A stretch of DNA of 62,374 nucleotides, the filler included, from Stramenopiles sp. TOSAG23-3 (Eukaryota): NCBI GenBank assembly GCA_900128585.1. It is 3 parts of 3 records of this genome, joined end to end, with 100 filler letters (N's around TTAATTAATTAA, not from the genome) between each part and the next. Parts side by side here need not be neighbours in the genome. Positions count along the whole stretch, not along the records: positions 30,219 to 60,144 come from LT642232.1; 2 more parts are not named here. One strand, written 5' to 3'. This document shows, piece after piece, positions 42,001 through 52,412 of this stretch. The translations under genes were made by a program, and so were the position numbers. A model generated the notes under the pieces. The model was not told the DNA's origin. It ran no database searches and saw only the letters and a list, made by a program, of their open reading frames with translations. Within the stretch, counting starts at the first letter, position 1; the number at the start of each line of letters is the position of its first letter.

Positions 42001-43379
42001 CCATTTACGTATTCTACAACATCTTTATTTGGTATGGGAACTCCATATATCTTTTGTGCATGTTTTACTGAATCAGTACCAACACGCTTTGTATCTTCCT
42101 TTGTTTTCTTTGTTGTACGGGTTTTCTGAATATCTGGGGAGTTATGGTTGTAACTAAATGCTTTTTTTGCTTCTACAACGCTAGCTGTGAAGCTGTTCAC
42201 TATGCCTCCTTTCGACCTTCGATCAAATTTGAACAAAGTGCGGTAGAAATATTTTTTTTCCTTTGGACACTTGGAAATAACATTTGCCGGCTGTGCTAGA
42301 GTCGGCGGCATCAACCTCACGGAACGGCCACCGAAAAGCAATGTGCTACCCCTTTGTTCAGAGTTTATTTTAGTTACAGGAGAGGGAATGCACAATTGGA
42401 TAAATGCACCCCTTCCATCTTTCGCTGTGATGAAAGTTGTATCAAAAAAATTGTAACCCAACCTTGTACTTTCTGGTCTGCCCTGCCAAATATATGTTCT
42501 GCTACGATGAAAGAGAGACAAAAAGAGCAACTTTGCAAATGAAGTATCTCCCTTGTTCAAAAAAATGTAATCACCGGGCAGACCATGGTATTTATTTATT
42601 TCCACCTCTAACTCGTACCTAAGGGATTTCATCAATTTTACAACTCTTGCCATAGTCGTGTTTGTATTCCATATTCCTATCTGCAAAGACAAGCTATACT
42701 GTAAATCTAGGTGGTCTGATACTGACAGGCCTGTACTGCCTCCAACCAATCGCTGTAACGTCGGTCCTATTAGAAAATATTGAATCTGATTTTCATCAAA
42801 AAGAGAAACAATCTTGTATAATATCGAGTACACGCTGTTCTTATTATGTGGTACAATCATACCAAGCCGTAGCTTCTCCGTTCCGTATCGGTTATACGTG
42901 CGAAGAAAGTCTTCCCTTTTAGCTTCCACTAACCTTAAGCGTTGCACAGTGGTTGGCAAAGCAATCCCATGTTTGGCTAAACTTTGTTCTAAAGCATTTT
43001 CTATGTCAATTTTGGTCTCAAGAAGTGTTTTTGCTTCTCCAATCACCTTCAAATATTTTTCTTCTTCGCCCTTCAGTTTCTGTTTCATCTCAAACAATTT
43101 GATTTGGAGTCTTGTTCTCATCGACAGTTTCGTTGGCGAAAGGTTGCCTGCAGACTTTCCACTTTGTTCCACGTAGAAGATAGTTCCAGATACTCCTAAA
43201 AATACCCACCAACCAAGAAAGCAAACTAGAGTACGGATGGGGCGCAGATTTTCACGATGCCTGGGAATACAGCAACACAATGAATCTGACGAATCAAAAT
43301 CATTTCTGTCTATGGTTTTACTAACATATTTCCCACGAACAGTTGGACCCCTATTCTTCGCGCGTTTCCCACTTGACAT
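39045..43379 (-). CDS. Type-II membrane mosaic protein: LicD-like, LysM, 2x Cys-rich repeat, LysM, Tudor/SH3-like and fukutin/LicD-like domains
   Basis: 1444-aa ATG ORF; one N-terminal TM plus coiled-coil stem; LysM-type TFHKALGGETFSTVLSMYSISENNFRKWNRL and TFHLAKNTDSVKSLSIRYNVNVNLIRHWNHL; two CxxxCxYAxDGxCDDGG..C..GTDCxDCG repeats; C-terminal region parallels fukutin. Confidence 0.9.
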   Translation of the reverse strand: MSSGKRAKNRGPTVRGKYVSKTIDRNDFDSSDSLCCCIPRHRENLRPIRTLVCFLGWWVFLGVSGTIFYVEQSGKSAGNLSPTKLSMRTRLQIKLFEMKQKLKGEEEKYLKVIGEAKTLLETKIDIENALEQSLAKHGIALPTTVQRLRLVEAKREDFLRTYNRYGTEKLRLGMIVPHNKNSVYSILYKIVSLFDENQIQYFLIGPTLQRLVGGSTGLSVSDHLDLQYSLSLQIGIWNTNTTMARVVKLMKSLRYELEVEINKYHGLPGDYIFLNKGDTSFAKLLFLSLFHRSRTYIWQGRPESTRLGYNFFDTTFITAKDGRGAFIQLCIPSPVTKINSEQRGSTLLFGGRSVRLMPPTLAQPANVISKCPKEKKYFYRTLFKFDRRSKGGIVNSFTASVVEAKKAFSYNHNSPDIQKTRTTKKTKEDTKRVGTDSVKHAQKIYGVPIPNKDVVEYVNGNRFTFHKALGGETFSTVLSMYSISENNFRKWNRLSQNKITTGEEYIIDISGNNKENQSRSRHLLSSETNNAIFGRFLAGNTTERQSIWFKEILKLDVDTQMNFVALLKKKGLSGKLILEKAHYSKNNTSSTNFVVSNSSVYRGKDGGHIGSFSGVAEYRQEDHKSSGNSVFGRNQKKIIREDISRSMTDKAQALYRTSNPLKGSDDKFINSINPKMTQLEMERRNGGHTKATVRQINSDKDNGYLLSTTKDKAGITSVDSSGEIKSEKATNGDRTLVSIDRGQYSSPATARMGNHGDLHDRKNEENIRDVKAVDEKSSLCTNTCLYANDGSCDDGGFQAEYNSCEFGTDCTDCGKRPTQLQAGFSAPNLRAAKSRKPNIKEIDLKSMPSSINMMKETHVFQKSWRANKLSSPYQSDFMPGKKLFSDKWEDDSKWFAYMKKTDEDSALEDPFCNDKCKYAGDGVCDDGGENSKSQVCRIGTDCSDCGQRTKGPHPDIYKKSTSAQQKATSPHPVSKTFHLYGGVLTEIILGQNFTFHLAKNTDSVKSLSIRYNVNVNLIRHWNHLETSDVVTKGKYYLVARDQFSDALHNLQNVISIPDTNFTYLGTEETGSPVHISRYSELSKGAIAPSVGKLLALGKQVLVQSSGLKNCWLQGKIINVTIHKAAPLYDVNFVDHGSHRMPLRRISADKVILDRPATKDKLDNILTVAQTRGEVVSNRVLVFGRVEDIIGGWESKLIGRTNDGKYYVETSTPKGTKTNSLAAKYFRLFERKNDVDAPKLIDFIHAASIQTLYLAGEALNGLSVVHWLSGEAHDNWINTCSLVREYSGERQFYDIALGIHDFDWKEEILSTLQQIGFQLKNCFKTNAKEHQNIRGLQRCILVRPIFCYPKGLSNESSFSREALHRCQDAFTKYKNSLKVRLTIDVHQTTYNDDGSHSLSYGVFDKSGNIISVREQPFFDLQWVSLQGFRFRVPLFSLLDDEAQFR

Positions 43380-46300
43380 TTATTGCGCAACCTATCTAGG
43401 TGGACACATAACAACTTTCTGTGGTAACTTATGCGTTAGAAGAAAATCATATTATAACAATGCTCACTTTAGCTATTCTTAAGGCCGAAGATTAACCTAA
43501 AGCTTTCAACCAACATATTCTACCAATACTGTTTGTATCTATTAACACCGCAGCCAAGGTGCAGCCGACTCGCATCTCAATAATGGGAAGGCAATGTAAA
43601 ATTAAATATTATAATCCGGACCGCCGGACTTCCATCTCATTGTATTATCTTTTTCGCCTTTTTATTTTTACTAATAGGAAAGGCGACTACCTATTTTAAG
43701 GAACTTACATTTTACGTGAGAATAATTATTGTATTTTATTCCACACAACACCCGGTCAAATAATTGTGATATTTGTGCTGTGTATATTGTTTTTATTTAA
43801 TGCTTCCCCTACTTAAAATAATAAACCCTTTCTCTATGCCACATGAAAAGAGACCTCCACTATGATATGCTCATATTAAAGTACAAACCCACTCAAAAGT
43901 GTTCTTGTCTGCGACCGGGAAAACAATCAAATTAAAATGCAGTCGCTGACGACTGGTGTGAAAAATAGACTTAGTGCGGAAGAATGTGTAACAAGAACTC
44001 AAACGACAAATAATTATTAATAAATACATTGACTGTAACAAGAACACTGCCTTTCTGTGAATAAATTGTATTGTCCACTAGGACACGATTTCCTAGATAA
44101 TGCAAATTTGTTAAATGGTATTCACATGTATTCACACAATTATTGATGTTGGAATCAAGTAAAACGTTTTAATGCAATTGCATTTATGTAAGGAAAAAAT
44201 AAGAAAATATCGTTGTATATGGTAATACAGGAACACAACAAACCACACAGACCATGTGCATGACGTCCGATGTCCGGCACTCTTCGAATGATTTTCTTTA
44301 ATCATCTAATAATAAAATTAGAGGTGTGTGACCCTTTTCTTAGCAGGTTCACAAAAATTAAGGACCAGACACTGTACTATTATCATTATCATACTTTTTA
44401 CAATAGTACACCTTTAACATTTTCAATCTTCGTACCCTACCTGTCTACCTTCATTATTTCAATTAAAGAGTATGGGATTTATCCTCATAAACGTTACGAG
44501 TCAAAAGGTTTTCCTTATCTTCCTTTATATTTCTATATTATAAAATGCTGAAGTATTGTGTTCTGATGCTATCGAATTAACACTGCTAAATTTATGTTAA
44601 AAAAGTGAGAGAGCTGTTTCTCTACCAGAGAAGGGACTCTAATACACTTTACTTTGGGTACACTATTTATTGTACATCTCCTTTACAGTCCAAATGCTCA
44701 ATGAAGCCGCTGAAACCTTGGGTTATGACTTACTTAATGGTTTGTATAATTGTTTTTGTAACACTAACCTACCAAAACAAACAAGAATTACAAGTTAAGA
44801 ACAAATTATATACAAGAATACAAGAAATTGTACTAATAAATCAGAATACAATAAAATTGTACTTAATTAGTACACATTGAAACATATAATTATACAAAAT
44901 AGCATATAAATAACAAAGAGGTGCTCAGCGGAATCTGAGAACATCTCAACGGCGTCATTGAGCATTTGTTTGATTTAGTTTATTGTTCAGCATACTTCAA
45001 CCTCACCAATTTAAAGCTTTGCGGTTGGGCCTTATCTCATTGTGATTTTTGTACATTGCGCCAATGATGTGCCTATTTATTGTGCGTCAACGATCTGTTT
45101 TTCTGCCGTGTCACCGGCACTGGTACGGTTATATTCGGACTTTCAGAGCAAGAGGGTTATTTGTTTTTTTCAGTTTTAATTACTAAATACACAGACCTAC
45201 TCAGGAGACCGCGCACAGCAGTGATGTAGTTTACAGTGACATAACACCTGCGATTGAGTATATATCACAATACTGTCCGGAGGACAACACAGACCCTCTC
45301 CTCCTTGATAGATATTGTTTCTGTTAATCCGGGGCCTTAAACAACATTGATCTGAAACAGTAACCATTTAACCTTAACTGTGTTTATACATCAATTTCTT
45401 GTCACCAAAAGAGGAATACATATTACTATAGTAGAAAATATATTTAAGGGGAAGAAGTTTATTAGTCTGATTCTGTGCTCGAAAAGCTGTTTCGTGACTC
45501 GAATTTATAATAAATTCCGTTACTATAAACGAAACCTTCGTATGTTTAAGGGCGAGAAGAAGATAAAAATATTCATCCTAAAGTTTATTCAGTGAATAGC
45601 ATAGACGAGCACACGGAAACCAGATGACATGGGTAGTCGATGTTCTCGAGGAGCCGGGTTCAGGCTTTTAAATGAAAAGAATGTAATAATCGTCTAGAAA
45701 GATATTAAAGATCAGTGTTATTGGTGCTTCTACTCTTCGTATGTTTATCCAAACAGATTATGAAATAGATTTACAACTGAATTACAATCGCAAGTCCTTT
45801 ACTGTAAGTGGGATTTGATTTGCAAATTTTTAAATTCGTGTCGACAAGCTGCTATTTCCTGTACCAATACTCAAAAAGACAATTTAACTGTATTCTTACA
45901 TGCAGTAACAAGGACATGTGCCCACCGGGAAGAGCTAGTTCAAAATTGTTTTTTATGGAATTTTTTTTTACTGTGTTGTTTTGTTTTCATGCTCTCTGCA
46001 AGTAGTAATTTAATTCAATTCTCGAATAAAAAATCTCAAGAACATATCAATGATTACTTTGTTTTTTCCTTTTACCTGTATGTCCATGTTGACCCGTTCT
46101 ATTTCACTTCCACCGCGGCCTGTTAGAAGGCGTTGTAAACAGAAGGCAAACTTCTAACGTAGGTCTGACAGAGAAGTCGTAATTTATGTCAAACCGTTGC
46201 GCGGCATATCATATTAACCTCAGTAGATCTCTATTCTTTTACCCCTTCGGTTTCTGTGTTGATCTAGTGTGCAATTATTTCAAGTGACAGTAGTATACAC

Positions 46301-46409
46301 ACTCCCAAGGTGTTACTGGACTCACTCACTTCGCTTTGTTTGCTTTCGGGTCAATATTTTTTTCCTACCCTTATTCAGAAGTTGTTAATTGGCATCAGAT
46401 TATTCATCA

Positions 46410-47960
46410 ATGAGTCGTTTGCCTCCAGGTTTTGGTGGAGGATTTTCTCAGAGTGCGACAGGTGAACAACAGAATACTTTTGAAATGCCTGGCCAAAGTT
46501 CCGTCAGACAACCACCATTGCCAGGATTATGGGGCGGACAACAACAGCAACAAAACAACTCTATTGAAAATAATTCTTCCACATGGGATCTAGATTCGGG
46601 TTTTAGTGCTCTGCCAGTAAGGAGAAGTGCAAGCAATACTGAGATCCAGGCCAACAATACACCAGCGCATGACGACAAACTTGAGTCCCCTGGACCGGGA
46701 AAAAGTTACAATTACGCAGCAGCTGCTGCATCCGGTGGAAACTCACGGAAAAATACACTAGGGGTAAATGAAGGTCAGCGTTCTCAGCAACTCAATAATG
46801 CAAACGAGCAGCAATTCCGAGCACCCTGGGTATCCAATGTTGGAAAAACGGCTAGTTTTCCATCCGGGCCAAACCCATTGTCGCAATTGGCAGCACAACA
46901 AAAGGAATTGATCAAGCTACAAGAAAATTTAATGCAAATGATGCAATCGCAGGCTAACGCTGGCTTCAAAGACCCTCAAGTCTTCATGGATTTACAACGC
47001 CAACAGGCCATTGCAACCGCACAATTACAATCTATGCAGGATGCATTTCGTGCCCAACAGCAAACTGTCCCGTCTTTTCCGTATTCACAATCAATTGTGC
47101 TTGGTTCGTGGCCACTTCGGCAGCCCACTGCGCAGCCAACAATAAACCGTGCTGTGGGAAATTTGAACAACGACTATAAGAATGTTCAGATTAGACAGGG
47201 ACAACATATTGTTACAAACAACCAAGAATCGGTGTTCTACCAAGGCCCCGGTCAGCACTCTTCCCGAAACCGTTTTAACAGCGGTAGTAGCACCGGTAGT
47301 GCCGGGTATGATGAAGGATCTTCACAAAATCCTCCAAGGGGGGCCATGACTTACGGCGCTGTTGTAGCTGGAAATACTACTCGCACAGGGACAGTCAGAT
47401 CCTCGGGCGCGAAGAGCTTCGGAAATTTAAATCAAATTGGGAGAGATAAGAGAAATGATAAACGTGGACAAAGTCCCAAAGGCGATAATCGTCGAAGTAT
47501 CCCCGAAATTCCAAATGAAAAAGATTGTGTTGAAGGTCGGGAGAAAAGAACCACTTTAATGATTCGAAATATTCCGAACAAGTACACACAAACCATGTTG
47601 TTGGAAGAGCTTAACGAAGTATTACATCGAAAATTTGACTTTTTCTACCTGCCAATTGATTTTCGAAAGAAAACAAATATGGGGTACGCGTTCATTAATA
47701 TGATCGATCCTGTTGCAACTGTAGTTTTGGTGAAACAATTTCATGGCAAAGGATGGCGCTCTAGTAAAAGTGAAAAAATATGCCAAATATCATATGCAAG
47801 AATCCAAGGAAAGCATGCCTTAGTGGAGCAGTTCCGTAATTCAACTGTTATGTCAAAAAAAAAGCAATACAGGCCTATAATCTTTTTCAGCGATGGCCCT
47901 TCCATAGGAACGTCTGAGCCTTTTCCACCTGGTAACAATAGTTCCAAGCAACGCGTATGA
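46410..47960 (+). CDS. Mei2-like RNA-binding protein (C-terminal RRM3/RRM_2) with a Q/N/S-rich disordered N-terminus
   Basis: RTTLMIRNIPNKYTQ, FDFFYLPIDF, NMGYAFINM, SEKICQISYARIQGK, FRNSTVM; first ATG at 46410. Confidence 0.95.
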   Translation: MSRLPPGFGGGFSQSATGEQQNTFEMPGQSSVRQPPLPGLWGGQQQQQNNSIENNSSTWDLDSGFSALPVRRSASNTEIQANNTPAHDDKLESPGPGKSYNYAAAAASGGNSRKNTLGVNEGQRSQQLNNANEQQFRAPWVSNVGKTASFPSGPNPLSQLAAQQKELIKLQENLMQMMQSQANAGFKDPQVFMDLQRQQAIATAQLQSMQDAFRAQQQTVPSFPYSQSIVLGSWPLRQPTAQPTINRAVGNLNNDYKNVQIRQGQHIVTNNQESVFYQGPGQHSSRNRFNSGSSTGSAGYDEGSSQNPPRGAMTYGAVVAGNTTRTGTVRSSGAKSFGNLNQIGRDKRNDKRGQSPKGDNRRSIPEIPNEKDCVEGREKRTTLMIRNIPNKYTQTMLLEELNEVLHRKFDFFYLPIDFRKKTNMGYAFINMIDPVATVVLVKQFHGKGWRSSKSEKICQISYARIQGKHALVEQFRNSTVMSKKKQYRPIIFFSDGPSIGTSEPFPPGNNSSKQRV

Positions 47961-48202
47961 TGCAGAGTGACTGCTCAAACAATACTTTTTAATGTACAAT
48001 CGATTTGCCTGGTATGTTGGTTCAGTTTATTAAAAAACCAAAATATATGCGCGTGTTATCTAGATATATCTGAAGTTAATATACAACTATCATACACTGA
48101 AATTCCCATAAATTCGTCCTTCCTTGCACACTTGCAAATATGTAAATTTTGTTTTCATCCACTATAAAGTCTTATTTATATCCTTCTTGCAATACTATGT
48201 TT

Positions 48203-48617
48203 TTCGCAGTACATTAATTTTAATTACTTAAATAACAGCCAATTTTTCTTGTTTTTAATAACAGCCAATTTTCTTGTTTTAATAAATAACAGCCAATTTT
48301 CTTGTTTTTTTATAAAGACAACGAGCCCCTTTAAAACATTTATGCCGCTGTGTACTTTCAAGACCAATCAATTGGAATCTTGACCAGAACTTGGGGAGGA
48401 TCTGCAATAGGAGGAGATATTGTTCTTGAACTGACACCCTATCATATAAATAACAGCCAATTTTCTTGTTTTTATAAAAACAAATTTATATAGTTTGCTT
48501 ACTTAAATAACAGCCAATTTTCATGTTTTATAGTTTGCTTTAAGACTAATTTTATATCAATTACGATTTCAGTTCCAACCTTAGCTTAATCTTAACTTGA
48601 TTTTTTAATTTGGTTTT
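48203..48617. repeat. R2 repeat cluster (five tandem or near-tandem aataacagccaatttt units) abutting an inverted R1 copy
   Basis: Units at about 48231, 48257, 48285, 48449 and 48506; ttcaagaacaatatctcctcc and ctggtcaagattccaattg modules on the minus strand at 48365-48432. Confidence 0.9.
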
Positions 48618-49114
48618 TTAAATACATATAAATTTTTTTTTTTATATCCTTCTTGCACTGCCATTTTTTCTGCCTCCTTTGTTTTTCTTGATCAAGTTTT
48701 ACTCTTAATAGTTAGTCTGTACACTATCTTCCTCTTGTGTAATAATATCTAAATAACAGCATTATATTTTGTTTTAATAATAACTGAAGATAATATCTAA
48801 TAGATCACACATTTTGTTTTAAAAAGAAACAACGAAGGAGAAAATGAGAACATTAAACTAGTGATAGAATAGTTTAAGGATTGAGACATCGGTTTACAAT
48901 CAAATGGATACATTTACTAAATTGAATCAGTCACTCAAATGGAAACATTTACTCTATATTTTAGATACACTGGATTTGGCTTTTTGTGTGTAAAAAAGCC
49001 AAGGGGGTCCCAGCCATGAAAGACAAGTCTATTGCTTCTCAGCGTCCACTTGTTTGTGTGTTTAAAAGTTGTTTCCGATCATCACTTAAAGATCTGTTTC
49101 TTCTTCCTCTTATG

Positions 49115-49528
49115 TACTGGCTCCATCTAGTGTCACTATTGGTACTCGGATATCTTTTCAATGGTTTCATCTTCTCCTCAGTCAACTTCTTCATTCTGCT
49201 GTGTTTCCCATATCGAAATCAAAACTTGTTTGATGTATGGAACAGCGGCATGTTTCAAAGACCCTATCACCGTTGCCGATGGACTACGCCGCCACAGTAG
49301 CGGGAAAATGGTAGTACTGCTTCTAACGAGGTTGCAAACTTTGGAAGTAGACACAGAAGAAATGCACACAACAATCACGCCGCTGTTCGGTAACTCATAA
49401 TTTGTACCATGTTTCATTCTGATATGATGGAGATACAGAAGAATGAAGAAGTTGACTATAGAGAGAATGAAGCCGTTGAATATGGTTTAGAATGGGATTA
49501 CCACAACCTTCCTAGATATTCTCCAGTA
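49115..49528. mobile_element. Degenerate fold-back inverted repeat
   Basis: 49157-49228 pairs with 49408-49480 (core agtcaacttcttcattc / gaatgaagaagttgact); inner gaacagcggc / gccgctgttc; outer tactgg..atctag / ctagat..ccagta. Confidence 0.75.
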
Positions 49529-50289
49529 ATATAATTTAGTAAGTTTTTAACAGACGCCATTTTATCTCTCTGCTTCAACCTGCTTGATTTTTGCTTTGTT
49601 CTGTCCAGTATTTATTACATAAATTCTTGTGTTTTCACCATCACAATGGTCTGTTTATAAAAAGGAAAATTATTAAACCGATTACTTCAAACAATAAACT
49701 ATTTTCTTTGATTTTTAAAAAGGAAAACACGTAATACAGGTATTGGAATTATGTGGAACATGCAAAAGACAACTAGACATATATTAAAAAATCACCTAAT
49801 AGTTTTTACAATAGTCCCAAAATCACTTGTAAATTATTTTATTAACATGTGCAGCAAACTTTTCCTAAAGCAAAACTCTAACCGGCACTTTCGTATTTGC
49901 GTAAAAGCACATTGAAGTGCTCATGTGTGGTGAGTCCACTGTTACAGTTGGATTCTTCATCTGTTCGATTTTCATATAAAACAGGGATCTCTGTTATTTT
50001 GTTACAGTTAGTTTATTAATCCTTATCGTTAAGACTAACACATGTTGCTTGTTTTCAATTTCATTAGATTTCCTTGCCCTCGAAAAGTGCATGGGTGTCA
50101 AAAGTAAGGAATTTTTATAAGCAGTAAGGATTTTGTATTTTTTCAATCATTATTAATTCTATAACTATAATTTGTTATATACTTTTTTTTTATTTTCGTC
50201 AATATTATTACTAAATGGTATTGAAGTATAATGTGCTAGACGACTAATATATTATACAGGTTATTTTCCCTTCGAAGTTTTCTGTACAA

Positions 50290-51114
50290 AATTAAGGGGG
50301 AGGTGAAGTGATTTTCGATAAAATGCGAAAAAACGTATATTTTTGTATTCTAATTATTGTTCCTCACGTAAATATTTGTTGTAGTGATAAAAATTGATGT
50401 TGGATTTCGCGAAGAATGAAGAAATGAAGGAATGTTTTGATACTTGCTATTACCTGTATTTTCATTTTATAAAATTAATAAAATGAATACGACGAAGACA
50501 AGATTTGGTTGTTGGACGTTTTCACACTCCAATTAGGTTTAACCCAACTTTTCGCCACAACTTTTGCACCTTTTCTCTAGTGCAGAGAGAACTACTCAAC
50601 CTTTATCTACACTGGCGGGCATTCTGAAGAAAAGAGGTGATGGGGCACGTGTTCGATATATTTTTAGTGCAAACGACGGAAAACTTATCAACTTAGTTGA
50701 CAATCACCATTAGATAATGCTTTCGCACACATGAGGAAGAAACTTTTCACTAAATATATAGTCTTTTTACAAAAACAAATATTTTGAAGAGGTGCCCCCT
50801 CACGTCTTCTCTTCAGAATGTCCACCAATGTAGATAATAGTTGAGTAGTTCTCTCGGCACTAGAGATACGGTTTATAATATTAGTATCAAATTGTCAATT
50901 CAATTTACATACTTCGTCATTTCAACCTTTGAATTTGTTGTTTGTTTTCATTGTAAGCAATCATTTTATAAGAGATGCTGTACCATGTATATACACCGCA
51001 TATATAGAGTTATCATTTAGTATTGCAATATTTTATGTTGTTGGTCAATCTCAAGCACCGATAACTACTTCATTACTCCTAAATTCAAAAAATCACTTCA
51101 CCTCCCCCTTAATT
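50290..51114. mobile_element. Large degenerate fold-back element with nested inverted repeats
   Basis: Perfect 26-bp IR at 50290-50315 / 51089-51114; inner ~75-bp IR at 50574-50648 / 50792-50866. Confidence 0.8.
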
Positions 51115-51421
51115 CAAATTTCACATTATAGTCCACTTTTCATATACAGAAATACCAAAAGGCGTTTGGTCCCTTTTCATATATAGAAATACCATTGGCG
51201 TTTTCTCACTTTTCCGTACATGATGCATTATGGAGTCTGGAGAATACACGGGTCCCATAATCTCACCTTAAGAAAGGGCAGGGGTCATTGTTGCCAGTCA
51301 TATACGGCAGCTGACTTTTTATAGAGAGAGAGCGAGGCTGGTTGGAGCCAGAAAAATAAAATTTGCTACCTTAAATTATTTTGAAGTTCGAACTGTCCTT
51401 CGACAATCATGAACTATATTA

Positions 51422-51530
51422 TACTTGTCTGATTTTCTGTCCAGAGAGTGTGTGTGTGCGAGAACTTTTTCTTAATATATAAAACCAACAGTAAGTTTTA
51501 CGAAAAATAACATATTGAGTAAATGACGAT
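51422..51530 (+). mobile_element. Degenerate copy of the left arm of the 55893-56349 element
   Basis: tacttgtctgattttctgtccagagagtgtgtgtgtgcgagaacttttt..aaataacat. Confidence 0.7.
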
Positions 51531-52412
51531 TATAGTTTTTAAACTTCCAAATAATTGTTTAAGGATCAGTGGAAACGGGGAATATTTTTTTGTACTTAAT
51601 TAATATTTAAATACAGTTAGTTCTTTAGCCCATTGAGCCCGTGACTAGTACTAACGAATGTAAACGTAAACGAAGAATATAAAAACAAAGGGATATATAA
51701 TAGAACTTATAGGCTAACTGTGTTGTTTTTTCTGTGTGGATTGTGTTTCTTCGAAAACATTTTAACTTGTTTGTTTTTGGTCGCGATCTGTAAGTGTCGT
51801 TTGATCAATGAACTGTTGCATTTGAATGAATTCAATGTGCCGTTTGCGGTGTTGAAGGACGATCGATGACTAAGAAAGAGTCTTCACTGCTGTGTGCTGT
51901 TCGTGTCTTCCTTAATCTTCTTCTTCTTGATTTGCTGTGATGATGTTAATCGTTAATATCGACAATTTCCTTCTTCTTCTTTCTTCGCGAACTAAGAATG
52001 TCGAGTTTCCGATCTTGATTGACGTGAACAACGTTACCGGTTGAATTCGCCAAACCACCTAATCTTCGAATGTGTCAATGAGTGACACTTGCTTGTTCTA
52101 GCTGATATAGGCAAGAAGTTCAATGATGACTGGTACAACAATCTTTCCGGAGGTGTAAGTTCCGAGTCAAATTTGCTTCTTCGTTTTGTTTGTTGATGGC
52201 CGAGTTTTTAAATTTTGAGCGTCTTGGATGTTTAAGGTAGACGACTAACAAAGACCAGAAGATCATTCCAACTTTATTACCTTCGTGCTTATTCTTTTGA
52301 AAAGTTGCGTGGGCGTATAGAATTTCAAGAGAAACTTATCCATTACTGATTGTGTCAAATACCAAAATTGTACTTAATTTTCACCCTGGTTTGTAAAATG
52401 CATTGGAGGAAT

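Noticed and set aside
43600-46300. Short ORFs and small hairpins in the long spacer; looked for tRNA, snRNA and snoRNA
   Set aside because: No complete A/B boxes, cloverleaf, Sm site or C/D pair that I could verify by eye
48203-48530. Repeated aataacagccaatttt units as a possible CRISPR array
   Set aside because: Irregular spacing, no unique equal-length spacers, no cas genes, eukaryotic context; part of a dispersed repeat
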